From the NCBI GenBank assembly GCA_002786205.1, contig PEQM01000033.1, forward strand, positions 18,868 to 82,867: a DNA stretch of 64,000 nucleotides, given 5' to 3'. Within the stretch, counting starts at the first letter, position 1. Every line of letters begins with the position of its first letter. This stretch comes from Legionella sp. Lineage in GTDB: Bacteria > Pseudomonadota > Gammaproteobacteria > Legionellales > Legionellaceae. Shown here piece by piece: positions 1-9,369 of the stretch. The notes under the pieces were generated by a model that saw only the letters and a program-made list of their open reading frames with translations, was not told where the DNA came from and did no database searches. The position numbers and the translations under genes are program-made.

Positions 1-2
1 TT

Positions 3-203
3 GAAGACACCAACAGAGATTTTTTTAATAATATTGCAGAAATAGGTCCAGGAATTGGTTTTATTCCATCCAATCGCTATCACCTTGAATTACGATTTGA
101 ACACATAAACGGCATGTATTTACCTGTAGGAAACCAAAAAAATCCCTACAGTAAATATTATATTAACAACACAGTCCAACTGTTATTTTATATAAAACTC
201 TAA
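3..203 (+). CDS. 3' end of an outer-membrane beta-barrel-like protein (possibly NfrA-like), truncated by the window edge
   Basis: Open frame EDTNRDFFNNIAEIGPGIGFIP...NTVQLLFYIKL* with an alternating hydrophobic, beta-strand-like C-terminus. Its TAA overlaps the ATG of the nfrB-like gene (TAATG). Confidence 0.55.
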   Translation, partial: EDTNRDFFNNIAEIGPGIGFIPSNRYHLELRFEHINGMYLPVGNQKNPYSKYYINNTVQLLFYIKL

Positions 204-2080
204 TGACTCATCATACGATAGTAACGTCTTATTTTATGTTTTGGTACTTTTTGTCTTTTTTGGCAATAGTCTTCATTCTGTCGGGTTTAGACGACCTGTT
301 TTTTGATGTGTATTATTGGATTCGCTATCTCTTGCGGTTAAGAAAAAAACACCTCTATTCCCCATTAACCTATGAAAAAATGGCTCATAAAGAGGAGCAA
401 TTAATCGCTATCTTAGTACCCTGCTGGCATGAGGCAGGGGTCATTGGCACCATGCTAAAACACAATTGTTATGCCATAGATTACAAAAGATATCATATTT
501 TCGTTGGCTTATATCCTAATGATCCACACACCATAGAAGAGGTACAACAGGCTGCTTCTTTAATGAGTCATATCCATTGTATTATAGGTTCTACACCAGG
601 CCCTACTAACAAAGCTTCTAATTTAAACACCATTTACCATTATATCCGTCAATTTGAACACAGTCTTGGCGAAAAATTTGATATCTTTGTTTTTCACGAC
701 TCTGAAGACATCATTCATCCATTGTCATTAAAACTATACAATTACCTTATTCCACGCAAAGATATGATTCAAATTCCAGTCTTTCCATTGGCTGTATCTA
801 GTAGCAAGCTCACCCACTGGCTCTATGCTGATGAATTTGCCGAAATACATACTAAAAACATTATCGTTCGCGAAGCCATTAAAGGACATGTTCCCTCCGC
901 AGGAGTAGGAACTGCATTTTCCCGTTTTGCTTTGCAAGTCATCGAAGACCCCACTACTAAAATGCCTTTTTCTACTGACTCACTCACTGAAGATTACCAT
1001 ACCTCTTTAGCCTTACGCATACATCAACTTAAACCGGTTTTTGTAACTCAGAAAATCACTAAAACCATCTGGCAAAAACGTCGTTTTTTTCGCAAAGGCT
1101 ATGAACAAAAACTCACAAAAGAGTACATTGCAACACGCGCTTTATTTCCTTTAGCATACAAACAAGCGGTCAGACAAAAAACCCGTTGGATTTTAGGTAT
1201 TGTATTTCAGGAGTGGCGACAGACCAGATGGCCCAAAGAATGGCGTCTTCGCTTTACTTTGGCTCATGACAGAAAAGCTTTTTATACTCATTTTGTCAAT
1301 GGATTCAGCTATTTCATTTTTTTATTTTGGCTGCTTTATTCCTTATTGACTTATGCTCTGCCTCAATACCCGTCCTTACAAGAACAACTCAATTATAATC
1401 CTTGGGTATGGTGGCTTATCGTGATTGCCACTGGCATTATGATGGAACGCATGATTCAACGCTTTATTGCCGTCAAACGGGTTTATTATCATTGGCTGCC
1501 AGCCTTTCTCTCTATACCTCGTACTTTTTATGGCAATATCGTCAATTTGCATGCCTTAATCAGAGCGTATCTTTCTTATTATGGTAAACCAATGGCCTCT
1601 TCTGCTACGCCATCAAGCATGCTATGGGATAAAACCGATCACCTCTTTCCAGGCAGCTCTATTTTAACACCTTACAAACCTAAATTGGGCGATCTGTTAT
1701 TGAAAAAGAAACTACTCTCTGCTGAGCAACTAGCCGAAGCGCTCATTATTCAAAATCAGACAGGTCAACGACTTGGCACTATTTTATGCCAAAAAAAATA
1801 CATCTCTTCGCAAAAATTACTGACTTTATTGTCAGAACAATACCAATTACCCCTAGTGAATAAGAGTCAACTGCCTTTGACTACCAACTTGAATCAATTG
1901 ACCAAACGCACACAGCGATGGCTAAAAGAAAATCACATTGAGGTGGTTTCTTTCGATTATGAGCAAAAACAACTGATTTTAGGCTTGGATGATCCTACCA
2001 ATGAGTTATTAATTGAAAGAGCCATTAACCGTACAACCGCATGGAACACCCATTTTGTCCTGATTGACAAGGAATCATAA
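203..2080 (+). CDS. nfrB: NfrB-like GT2 glycosyltransferase with C-terminal MshEN (c-di-GMP-binding) domain
   Basis: N-terminal TM, then GLDDLFFD, HDSED (DxD-like), LTEDY and RQKTRW (QxxRW) processive GT2 motifs, further TMs, and the MshEN tandem KLGDLLLKKKLLSAEQLAEALIIQ / RLGTILCQKKYISSQKL. Confidence 0.85.
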   Translation: MTHHTIVTSYFMFWYFLSFLAIVFILSGLDDLFFDVYYWIRYLLRLRKKHLYSPLTYEKMAHKEEQLIAILVPCWHEAGVIGTMLKHNCYAIDYKRYHIFVGLYPNDPHTIEEVQQAASLMSHIHCIIGSTPGPTNKASNLNTIYHYIRQFEHSLGEKFDIFVFHDSEDIIHPLSLKLYNYLIPRKDMIQIPVFPLAVSSSKLTHWLYADEFAEIHTKNIIVREAIKGHVPSAGVGTAFSRFALQVIEDPTTKMPFSTDSLTEDYHTSLALRIHQLKPVFVTQKITKTIWQKRRFFRKGYEQKLTKEYIATRALFPLAYKQAVRQKTRWILGIVFQEWRQTRWPKEWRLRFTLAHDRKAFYTHFVNGFSYFIFLFWLLYSLLTYALPQYPSLQEQLNYNPWVWWLIVIATGIMMERMIQRFIAVKRVYYHWLPAFLSIPRTFYGNIVNLHALIRAYLSYYGKPMASSATPSSMLWDKTDHLFPGSSILTPYKPKLGDLLLKKKLLSAEQLAEALIIQNQTGQRLGTILCQKKYISSQKLLTLLSEQYQLPLVNKSQLPLTTNLNQLTKRTQRWLKENHIEVVSFDYEQKQLILGLDDPTNELLIERAINRTTAWNTHFVLIDKES

Positions 2081-2181
2081 ACAACTACAAGCAGCGAAAT
2101 AAGTATCTATATCCTGTCTATTGAACGCGTTAAAACAGAAGTTAGCAAAATAACAGAGATCTTCTACCCTCGATATTCTTC

Positions 2182-2212
2182 TGCTATGATAGCCCGTGCA
2201 ATGGAGACGGGC
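2182..2212 (+). promoter_or_regulatory. Extended -10 element followed by a hairpin with ANGGA in the loop (candidate CsrA site)
   Basis: TGcTATGAT at 2182-2190. Stem GCCCGT/ACGGGC with loop GCAATGGAG. A second AAGGA lies at the RBS. Confidence 0.45.
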
Positions 2213-2253
2213 ACCTACCCCACTATTTTTTTTGCTTTACAAGGATTAAGACA

Positions 2254-3522
2254 ATGACACAAGATGAGTCTAAAAAAAAATCAAAAGGACATATCATTTT
2301 ATCCTCCCATCCTTCAGGTCATACTGCTGCCCCTTTTAAAATCAACTGGTTTGCTGAAAATCCCAAGGAGCGAGGCCCTGTAGTTGCCTCATTAACTACC
2401 ATTAGAAACCGCAATGCCATTGGAACTCATTCTGGTTCTTATTCTGTCTATCGCGCATTAGCAGTAGCCGCCGGTGTTCTGGATGCAGAGCATGTGCCTG
2501 ACTTAACCAATACCACACCCCCTGAAAACATAGGCCCGCACAAGCAATGGAGCGAACCTGGGAAAATTATATCTATAGACCCTTGGGGACATTTGGTTGC
2601 CAGCGCGTTTGCAGAGGAATTAAATGCAGGTTTTGATATCCGCCCAACTATTGCAGTAACCAAGGCACATATTAATATGCCGGAGCTTAATGCGGCCATT
2701 CAAAAAGGCCGACTTAAGCCAGATGGTATTATTTTACATGAATCAGGTGATGTGGTTGTCACCAAAGCAGCCATTGAGCCAGTTTGGTATCTGCCTGGTA
2801 TTGCTGAACGTTTTAAGATATCTGAATCCAGACTAAGGCGTACTCTATTTGAACAGACAGCAGGCATGTTTCCTGAGCTGGTTACTCGTAGTGACCTGGA
2901 TGTTTTTTTACCTCCCATCGGCGGCTTGACTGCCTATTTTTTCGGTGATGTATCCAAAATTCACAATCCTGATGTAGAGCTTACTTGTCGTATTCATGAT
3001 GAATGCAATGGCTCTGATGTCTTTGGTTCTGATATTTGTACATGCCGCCCCTATCTGACTCATGGCATAGAATTGTGCATAGAAACCGCTCAGCGCGGGG
3101 GAACAGGGTTAATTGTATACAACAGGAAAGAAGGACGCGCTTTGGGCGAGGTGACTAAATTCCTAGTCTATAACGCAAGAAAAAGACAACAAGGCGGCGA
3201 TACGGCAGCCAAGTATTTTGAAAGAACCGAATGTGTTGCTGGCGTACAAGACATGCGCTTTCAAGAACTGATGTCTGATGTTTTGCATTGGTTAGGGATT
3301 ACTAAAATTCACCGTTTTGTTTCAATGTCTAATATGAAATATGATGCGCTATTACGCTCAGGAATAGAAGTGAAAGAGAGAGTTACCATCCCTGATGAAT
3401 TGGTACCTCTTGATGCTAAAGTAGAAATGGATGCCAAACGTGCCGCAGGTTATTACTCGCCCGATAGAATTGTTGATATCAATGAATTGGCACAAGTAAA
3501 GGGACGAAGCTTGCATGAATAA
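2254..3522 (+). CDS. GTP cyclohydrolase II-like protein (URC1/Urg1 type, with N-terminal extension)
   Basis: RGPVVAS..RNAIGTHSGSYSVYRALA N-terminal domain. RIHDECNGSDVFGSDICTCRPYL zinc site. RKEGRALGEVTKFLVYNARK. Confidence 0.9.
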   Translation: MTQDESKKKSKGHIILSSHPSGHTAAPFKINWFAENPKERGPVVASLTTIRNRNAIGTHSGSYSVYRALAVAAGVLDAEHVPDLTNTTPPENIGPHKQWSEPGKIISIDPWGHLVASAFAEELNAGFDIRPTIAVTKAHINMPELNAAIQKGRLKPDGIILHESGDVVVTKAAIEPVWYLPGIAERFKISESRLRRTLFEQTAGMFPELVTRSDLDVFLPPIGGLTAYFFGDVSKIHNPDVELTCRIHDECNGSDVFGSDICTCRPYLTHGIELCIETAQRGGTGLIVYNRKEGRALGEVTKFLVYNARKRQQGGDTAAKYFERTECVAGVQDMRFQELMSDVLHWLGITKIHRFVSMSNMKYDALLRSGIEVKERVTIPDELVPLDAKVEMDAKRAAGYYSPDRIVDINELAQVKGRSLHE

Positions 3523-4747
3523 ACAAGAGCAGAATGTACTAAATAGCCTTTTTGATTTAAGCACCATTCGCAGTAAAGCAAAGCATCTTCTTGAATTGGC
3601 AAAAAAAGATAAGTTGAATTATTTTACTTTTCATGCTGACAAGATGGACTCCACCGCTGCTTATATAGTAGAGGTAATCCAGCAAAACTACCCGGATTTA
3701 ATGATTCCTTATCACAGCAGATGGCGTCATTTTGAAATTGATGGGATAGATAGAATTGGTACTTTACTAACCGAACTGGCTGCTGTTAGCGAAGAGGAAA
3801 AAGGCCGCATTCTTTATGAGTTGGTCATTATCAGTGTCTTTTTAGATGCAGGCGCAGGAACTCAATGGCATTACCAAGAGGCTAAAAGCGGCAATCATTA
3901 CGCACGCTCTGAAGGATTGGCATTGGCCAGTTTGGCCGCCTATCAAAACGGATGCTTTAGTGCGCAAAGCAATCATCCTTATCGAGTCGATGCCAGTAAA
4001 TTGCTTGCTCTGACAAAAAATGAACTGGAATGTATTTTTCAAGTCACAGCGGATAATCCTTTAGAAGGGATACAAGGCCGTTTAAACCTATTGCATCAGC
4101 TAGGAGAGGCAATCCAGAATAACCCTGTTTTTTTTGGTGCAGACGGACGTTTAGGAAACTTTTATCCTTTTATTTTGTCTTTGGTTTCGCGCCAGCAGCT
4201 GTCTGCAAAAACACTCTTTAGCCACGTTCTTCAGGCTTTTAACAGCATATGGCCGGCACGCCACCATTTTGCCAATATTCCACTAGGTGATGTCTGGTTA
4301 CATTCTGCTTTAAAATCCAATGAAGCTGGTTCAGAGTTTATGCCTTTTCATAAGTTGTCTCAATGGTTGACTTATTCACTCATGGAACCACTAGAGCGTG
4401 CAGGCATAGAAATCACGCAAATGGATGCGCTGACCGGCTTACCTGAATACCGCAATGGCGGCTTGTTAATAGACACCGGCCTATTAACCTTAAAAGACAA
4501 AAAACAAGCTTCACTAACACATGAACCAGGCTCAGAGCTCATTGTCGAATGGCGCGCTTTAACCGTGGCTTTACTCGATGAACTAGCACTATTAATCCGA
4601 AACCAACTGAAACAAACCAGCCACTCATTACCCCTTGCCAAAATTTTGCAAGGAGGAACCTGGCAGGCGGGAAGACGTATAGCACAACAAAAACGAGCGC
4701 AAGGAACACCGCCCTTAAGTATTATTAGCGACGGTACCGTGTTTTAA
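3515..4747 (+). CDS. URC4/Urg3 family protein (DUF1688)
   Basis: [41 protein letters not shown] and [12 protein letters not shown] motifs. Overlaps the upstream gene. Confidence 0.9.
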   Translation: MNKQEQNVLNSLFDLSTIRSKAKHLLELAKKDKLNYFTFHADKMDSTAAYIVEVIQQNYPDLMIPYHSRWRHFEIDGIDRIGTLLTELAAVSEEEKGRILYELVIISVFLDAGAGTQWHYQEAKSGNHYARSEGLALASLAAYQNGCFSAQSNHPYRVDASKLLALTKNELECIFQVTADNPLEGIQGRLNLLHQLGEAIQNNPVFFGADGRLGNFYPFILSLVSRQQLSAKTLFSHVLQAFNSIWPARHHFANIPLGDVWLHSALKSNEAGSEFMPFHKLSQWLTYSLMEPLERAGIEITQMDALTGLPEYRNGGLLIDTGLLTLKDKKQASLTHEPGSELIVEWRALTVALLDELALLIRNQLKQTSHSLPLAKILQGGTWQAGRRIAQQKRAQGTPPLSIISDGTVF

Positions 4748-4760
4748 TAAAGGAATTATT

Positions 4761-5405
4761 ATGGAACAAAAAAAATTAGTAATCATCTCTCACCCTTTGG
4801 TTCAGCATAAGCTTACCTTAATGCGTAAAGATGAAACCAGCACGGTTAAGTTTCGCACCTTAATGAATGAAGTCAGCATGCTGCTGGCTTATGAAGTCAC
4901 ACGCGATTTGGAAATGGAAAACGAAACCATTCAGACACCGCTCACAACCATGCAGTCTCCTGTTTTAAAAGGAAAAAAACTGGTCTTTGTTTCTATTCTT
5001 AGAGCAGGTAATGGCTTAGTTGAAGGCATGTTGAACTTAGTTCCCAATGCGCGGATAGGACACATTGGACTCTACCGCGATCCTAAAACTCTAGAACCGA
5101 TTGAATACTATTTCAAATTACCAGAACACATTCATGATCGTGACGTCATCGTCGTTGATCCCATGCTTGCCACGGGCAATTCAGCCATTGCCGCCGTACA
5201 TGAAATTAAAGCGCTTCGCCCCAAATCCATCAAGTTTTTATGCCTGCTTGCTGCTCAAGCTGGGATGGATGCCTTTCATCATGAACATCCAGACATACCC
5301 GTCTTCACCGCAGCGGTAGATGAATATTTGGATGAAAAAGGGTATATTGTTCCGGGATTAGGCGATGCAGGAGATCGCTTATATGGCACTAAACTAGAAA
5401 ATTAA
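4761..5405 (+). CDS. upp: Uracil phosphoribosyltransferase
   Basis: [41 protein letters not shown]. Confidence 0.97.
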   Translation: MEQKKLVIISHPLVQHKLTLMRKDETSTVKFRTLMNEVSMLLAYEVTRDLEMENETIQTPLTTMQSPVLKGKKLVFVSILRAGNGLVEGMLNLVPNARIGHIGLYRDPKTLEPIEYYFKLPEHIHDRDVIVVDPMLATGNSAIAAVHEIKALRPKSIKFLCLLAAQAGMDAFHHEHPDIPVFTAAVDEYLDEKGYIVPGLGDAGDRLYGTKLEN

Positions 5406-5415
5406 CAGGCAACTC

Positions 5416-6078
5416 ATGAACTCTTTATCTCATTGTATCGACAGTGTGCTCCACATTGACGTTTATCTTAATACTTTTGTGAGTACCTATGGTTTTTGGA
5501 CCTACTTGCTGCTGTTTCTGATTATCTTTTGTGAGACAGGCCTTATTGTCACACCGCTGCTTCCTGGTGATTCTCTATTATTTGCTGCCGGAAGCATCGC
5601 CGCACAACCTGATAACTCTTTTAATGTGATATTATTGTTTGCTCTTTTAGTCATCGCTTCCATTTTAGGTAACCAACTAAATTTTACTATCGGAAAATGG
5701 ATTGGGCCTCAAGTTTTCAAAGCAAAAGACTCTTGGTTATTTAATAAAAAGCACTTAGAGCGCGCGCATCAGTTTTATATCACACATGGGAAAAAAACGA
5801 TCATCATCGCGCGTTTTCTCCCTATTATTAGGACTTTTGCCCCATTTATTGCTGGCATAGGACAAATGAGTCGTATTCAGTTTTTAATCTACAATGTATT
5901 AAGTGCATTTTTATGGATAGGCGCTCTTTTGGGCTTAGGGTACTTTTTAGGTTCTCTTCCCTTTGTTAAAGAGCATTTCACCGCAGCTTTATATGGCATT
6001 ATTATACTTTCTTTATTCCCTGCATTAATCACCTGCTTACGAAAAAAAAGTAACCATGCTGATCCTTGGCCGGGATGA
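5416..6078 (+). CDS. dedA: DedA family membrane protein
   Basis: IIFCETGLIVTPLLPGDSLLFAAG; ARFLPIIRTFAPFIAG. Confidence 0.92.
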   Translation: MNSLSHCIDSVLHIDVYLNTFVSTYGFWTYLLLFLIIFCETGLIVTPLLPGDSLLFAAGSIAAQPDNSFNVILLFALLVIASILGNQLNFTIGKWIGPQVFKAKDSWLFNKKHLERAHQFYITHGKKTIIIARFLPIIRTFAPFIAGIGQMSRIQFLIYNVLSAFLWIGALLGLGYFLGSLPFVKEHFTAALYGIIILSLFPALITCLRKKSNHADPWPG

Positions 6079-6419
6079 CGTGGTTTAATTGATTTGGGCA
6101 TCCCAGTTAAGAGATAATTTGTAACTACTCAAAAAGCATGGTTTTGTGGGTAGCATGAGCAGAAAAGACAAGTGCCAGGATAACAGCGTAGCCGAAAGCT
6201 TTTTTGGTCGATTAAAAGATGAACGGGTGGAATGGAGTAATTACTAAACCAGACGTGAGGAAAAACAGGATATTCTGGATTACATTACGATGTTTTATAA
6301 CAACCAAAGATTGCATTCATCTTTGAGGTATCAAAGTCCGAATCTGTTTGAAAGCAGATATTGGGGGCTAATGAAAAACGCGGCTTAACTAGGTTGCACA
6401 AAGTTGCTTGACCACGTCA
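6076..6419 (+). mobile_element. Internally deleted IS3-family element (344 bp) with both terminal inverted repeats
   Basis: IRL TGACGTGGTTTAATTGATTTGGGCATCCCAGTTAAG (6076-6111) and IRR 6384-6419 match at 26/36 positions, with TG...CA ends. The interior encodes an OrfB tail, SMSRKDKCQDNSVAESFFGRLKDE...*...FYNNQRLHSSLRYQSP, with an in-frame stop. Confidence 0.88.
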
Positions 6420-7361
6420 AGGGAGCATGGATTCATCAATAAGCGATTGTATTGTGTGAGTTGCTAAATTACCACCAGTTAGCAAACAGACAATTTTTTG
6501 ATGCTTCTGTTGTCTAGATAGGCCTAAACTTGCAGCAAAGCTACAAGCGGCAGCACCTTCGCATAAGAGCTTATTTAAAAGCAATAAATCAATGAAAGCC
6601 TTTTTTGAATGGTTGGTATTTACAACTAAACTATCTCGAATTATCGGTGCTAACTGGTCAAAAACAAAGGGAAGAACCGTCGGTGAACCAATGGCATCTA
6701 CGAATGAAGGTTGTCTTGATACGATAACAGGCTTTCCTTGTTTCAATGAAGCATTAAGAGGTGCTGCTGTTTCAGGCTCGCAAGTATAAATGGCAATATT
6801 TGGATTATAAGCATATATGACACGAGCAATTGCTATACTCAGTCCACCCACACCAATTGGAATCACGATCGCGTCCAAATCGGGTAAATCCTCAATGATT
6901 TCTTTAGCAATTGATTCGTAACCATTTAATAATTCTTGGCAAAACACAGGGTGAATAAATAATTTATCTGTAGTTGGAATATTTCCTTCAACAATCTCCC
7001 AAATTTGCTCAAAAGGTTTTTCAATAACTTGCGCACCGAATTGTTTTATTTTTTCCTTTTTAATGTCAGGTGTTGTTTCAGGAACAAAAATTTGACAGGG
7101 TATTTTAAGCTGTTGAGCCACAAAAGCTATTACTTGTCCCATGTTTCCTGCACTTGCAGCAGCAAGCCCATGTTGAAGATATTCCACTGGATAAGCATCT
7201 ATAACAGACGCAATTCCCCTAATTTTAAAGGAACCAAACGCTTGTAAATTTTCTGGTTTAAGGTAAATTTTACCTGTCAGATGCGAATGGTTTCCGAAAT
7301 ATTCAAGAAGAGGGGTTCGAATAATAAAGTTTTTAAGATACATGTTACTATCGTTTTTCAT
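6417..7361 (-). CDS. PLP-dependent threonine/serine dehydratase family protein
   Basis: YLKPENLQAFGSFKIRG (PLP lysine), ASAGNMGQ, IPIGVGGL, LLTGGN. Confidence 0.88.
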   Translation of the reverse strand: MKNDSNMYLKNFIIRTPLLEYFGNHSHLTGKIYLKPENLQAFGSFKIRGIASVIDAYPVEYLQHGLAAASAGNMGQVIAFVAQQLKIPCQIFVPETTPDIKKEKIKQFGAQVIEKPFEQIWEIVEGNIPTTDKLFIHPVFCQELLNGYESIAKEIIEDLPDLDAIVIPIGVGGLSIAIARVIYAYNPNIAIYTCEPETAAPLNASLKQGKPVIVSRQPSFVDAIGSPTVLPFVFDQLAPIIRDSLVVNTNHSKKAFIDLLLLNKLLCEGAAACSFAASLGLSRQQKHQKIVCLLTGGNLATHTIQSLIDESMLP

Positions 7362-8335
7362 AAATTAATTTGCTGTCCAATTCCTAATTCTAGCGCTTGT
7401 TGATAAAAAAAATGAGCGGCATAAACATCCTCTATACCTAATCCTACTGATTTAAATACGGTAATATCATTTTCATGTTCACGCCCGGGAATCTGTCCGC
7501 GCAGATATTCTCCTAACTCGCCCAGAATGAATTTAGAATCCAGTGCTCCATTTTTAATAGGCAAAGTGATTTCATCGCTTTCTAAAAAGCATGCTTCTTT
7601 AGAATCCAGGTATATTTTTAAAAAGTTGCGATTTGTAAGTATCACTTCTTGAGCGCCAGGCCTAGAGGAGCCGATTGCATTGATGTGTGTACCAAGTTGA
7701 AAATTATCAATGCTTAAAAATGGCGTTTTGGCACTCGTACAGGTAGTTACAATTTCAGCATCGCATACTGCATCCATGGGATTAGAATGAACAATTACTT
7801 TTTTTACGTTCTCAGACCTCAAAAAATGTTCAAAACGCTCGACCGAAGCAGGTGTTCGCCCATATACATGAACCGTATCGATAGTTGATCGAACATGCCG
7901 AATAGATTTGAAATGTTCTTCTGCTTGATATCCTGTGCCAATGATTGCTAGTGATCTTGCATTTTTTTTACTTAAGGCATTTGTAGCTGCCGCACTGACG
8001 GCTGAGGTTCTTAATCCTGTAACGGTTGAAGCATCTAATAGGCACTTAAGACGCCCTGTAGTTGCATCTAAAAGTACGACTACCCCTTGATGCGCATTAA
8101 GTCCGTTTTGACGTGCAAAAGGAGAAAGAACCAGTGTTTTATATCCTAATAATAATTCGGAGTTATCAAAGGCCAACATCAGGCCAAAATTTTTTCCTTG
8201 CGTGAGTGGATAAACCTCTCTCGGGAAATTTTTTGCTTGTGGGTTCTGAATGGCTTGTAAGGCATTTGTCATGCATTCAATTAACCCCTCAAGATGATGA
8301 CACTGATACAAATCAGTAGTAGTTAAGACTAACAA
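7358..8335 (-). CDS. Ornithine cyclodeaminase / mu-crystallin family protein
   Basis: TGLRTSAVSA, IIGTGYQAEEH Rossmann motif, GTHINAIGS, VFKSVGLGIED. TTG start; 4-bp overlap with the downstream gene. Confidence 0.9.
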   Translation of the reverse strand: MLVLTTTDLYQCHHLEGLIECMTNALQAIQNPQAKNFPREVYPLTQGKNFGLMLAFDNSELLLGYKTLVLSPFARQNGLNAHQGVVVLLDATTGRLKCLLDASTVTGLRTSAVSAAATNALSKKNARSLAIIGTGYQAEEHFKSIRHVRSTIDTVHVYGRTPASVERFEHFLRSENVKKVIVHSNPMDAVCDAEIVTTCTSAKTPFLSIDNFQLGTHINAIGSSRPGAQEVILTNRNFLKIYLDSKEACFLESDEITLPIKNGALDSKFILGELGEYLRGQIPGREHENDITVFKSVGLGIEDVYAAHFFYQQALELGIGQQINL

Positions 8336-8474
8336 TTATATTCTCATGAAAAACCAAAAGGACACAATCTTACTCTATCCGCTTCCACATCTGTTAGCTT
8401 TTTTTGATGATGAGCATCATGATGCGTGTTTGTTTGTTACACCCATACACATCCTACAACTGATAAAAGTGCAA

Positions 8475-8802
8475 ATATATGTGAATCAAAAGTCGAAATA
8501 AACATATTTTCTTCCCACAAGGCAGCAACGGAGCGGACTAGACCAGCATCTTGGATGTTTGTTTTTCTATTAATCCCCCCGAATAACGTTTCGATAGGCT
8601 GCCTGATTTGTGCAACAGCCTTAGAGAAAGAGACCTATTCTGGAGACGTTTTTTTTGCCTCGGTCTTTCATTGAAAGTGCTAAAGTGCTATTAATCCTAA
8701 TTCCTAGCCCATTACTCTTACCTCTCTTATGGTTCGCACCTGAAGAATAAGCACTTTTTGGCACTGGGAACATCAATATTTCGGCTTTTGATTCACATAT
8801 AT
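8475..8802 (-). mobile_element. Internally deleted IS982-like element with 26-bp terminal IRs
   Basis: ATATATGTGAATCAAAAGTCGAAATA (8475-8500) versus 8777-8802 match at 25/26. The minus-strand interior reads FSKAVAQIRQPIETLFG.LIEK/TNIQDAGLVRS (frameshifted IS982-type transposase tail). Confidence 0.7.
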
Positions 8803-8990
8803 AAGCCATAAGCCCAGAGTTCAAATTGATAATAAAATTATCAGGTTTTCTATGTCTTGAATGGTCGATATGGCAAATTGTCTTTAGTTGGTCAATCACC
8901 GTTTCTACGAAGCCTCCATGATTTAAAAAAAACTGGTCAAAATGGTCGATCGTTTTTTCTTTTGATAAATAACCTTTATCGCCATCAGCC
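8803..8990 (-). pseudogene. Second IS982-family transposase remnant
   Basis: Minus strand GDKGYLS ... VETVIDQLKTICHIDHSRHRKPDNFIINLNSGLMAY is a typical IS982 C-terminus. It is interrupted by the element at 8475-8802. Confidence 0.75.
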
Positions 8991-9369
8991 GTGGTGACTG
9001 CGTATCACGCAAAAAATTACAATATATCAACAAAATTAGTGTGTGATTAAAACGCAATTCGTGAACAGATCAAAATCTTAATGCTTCAGGCCATATGAGC
9101 TAAGTGCGAAACTCGCGAGAGGTTAAAAATTGAACAAGCCCCTTTTTTACCAGGATCCCGGCCAGGGGGCAATGCTCTACCATCAGGAGCTAGTATTCTT
9201 TCCATTGAAGCAGAGTTCTTCATCCCGTATGAACCCCAATAATGGGTTTTAAACGTTAGTTCGATGTTCAAAAGAAAATTAACCTATTGAACCACTAAAA
9301 CTATCGGCGATCAAATTGCTATCGAATTGTAAATCTTAAACTCATTGTTCGGGTCGTATGAGACTCTGC

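Noticed and set aside
8426-8899. 82- and 92-aa ORFs
   Set aside because: Read-through of IS982 remnants and their IRs, not genes.
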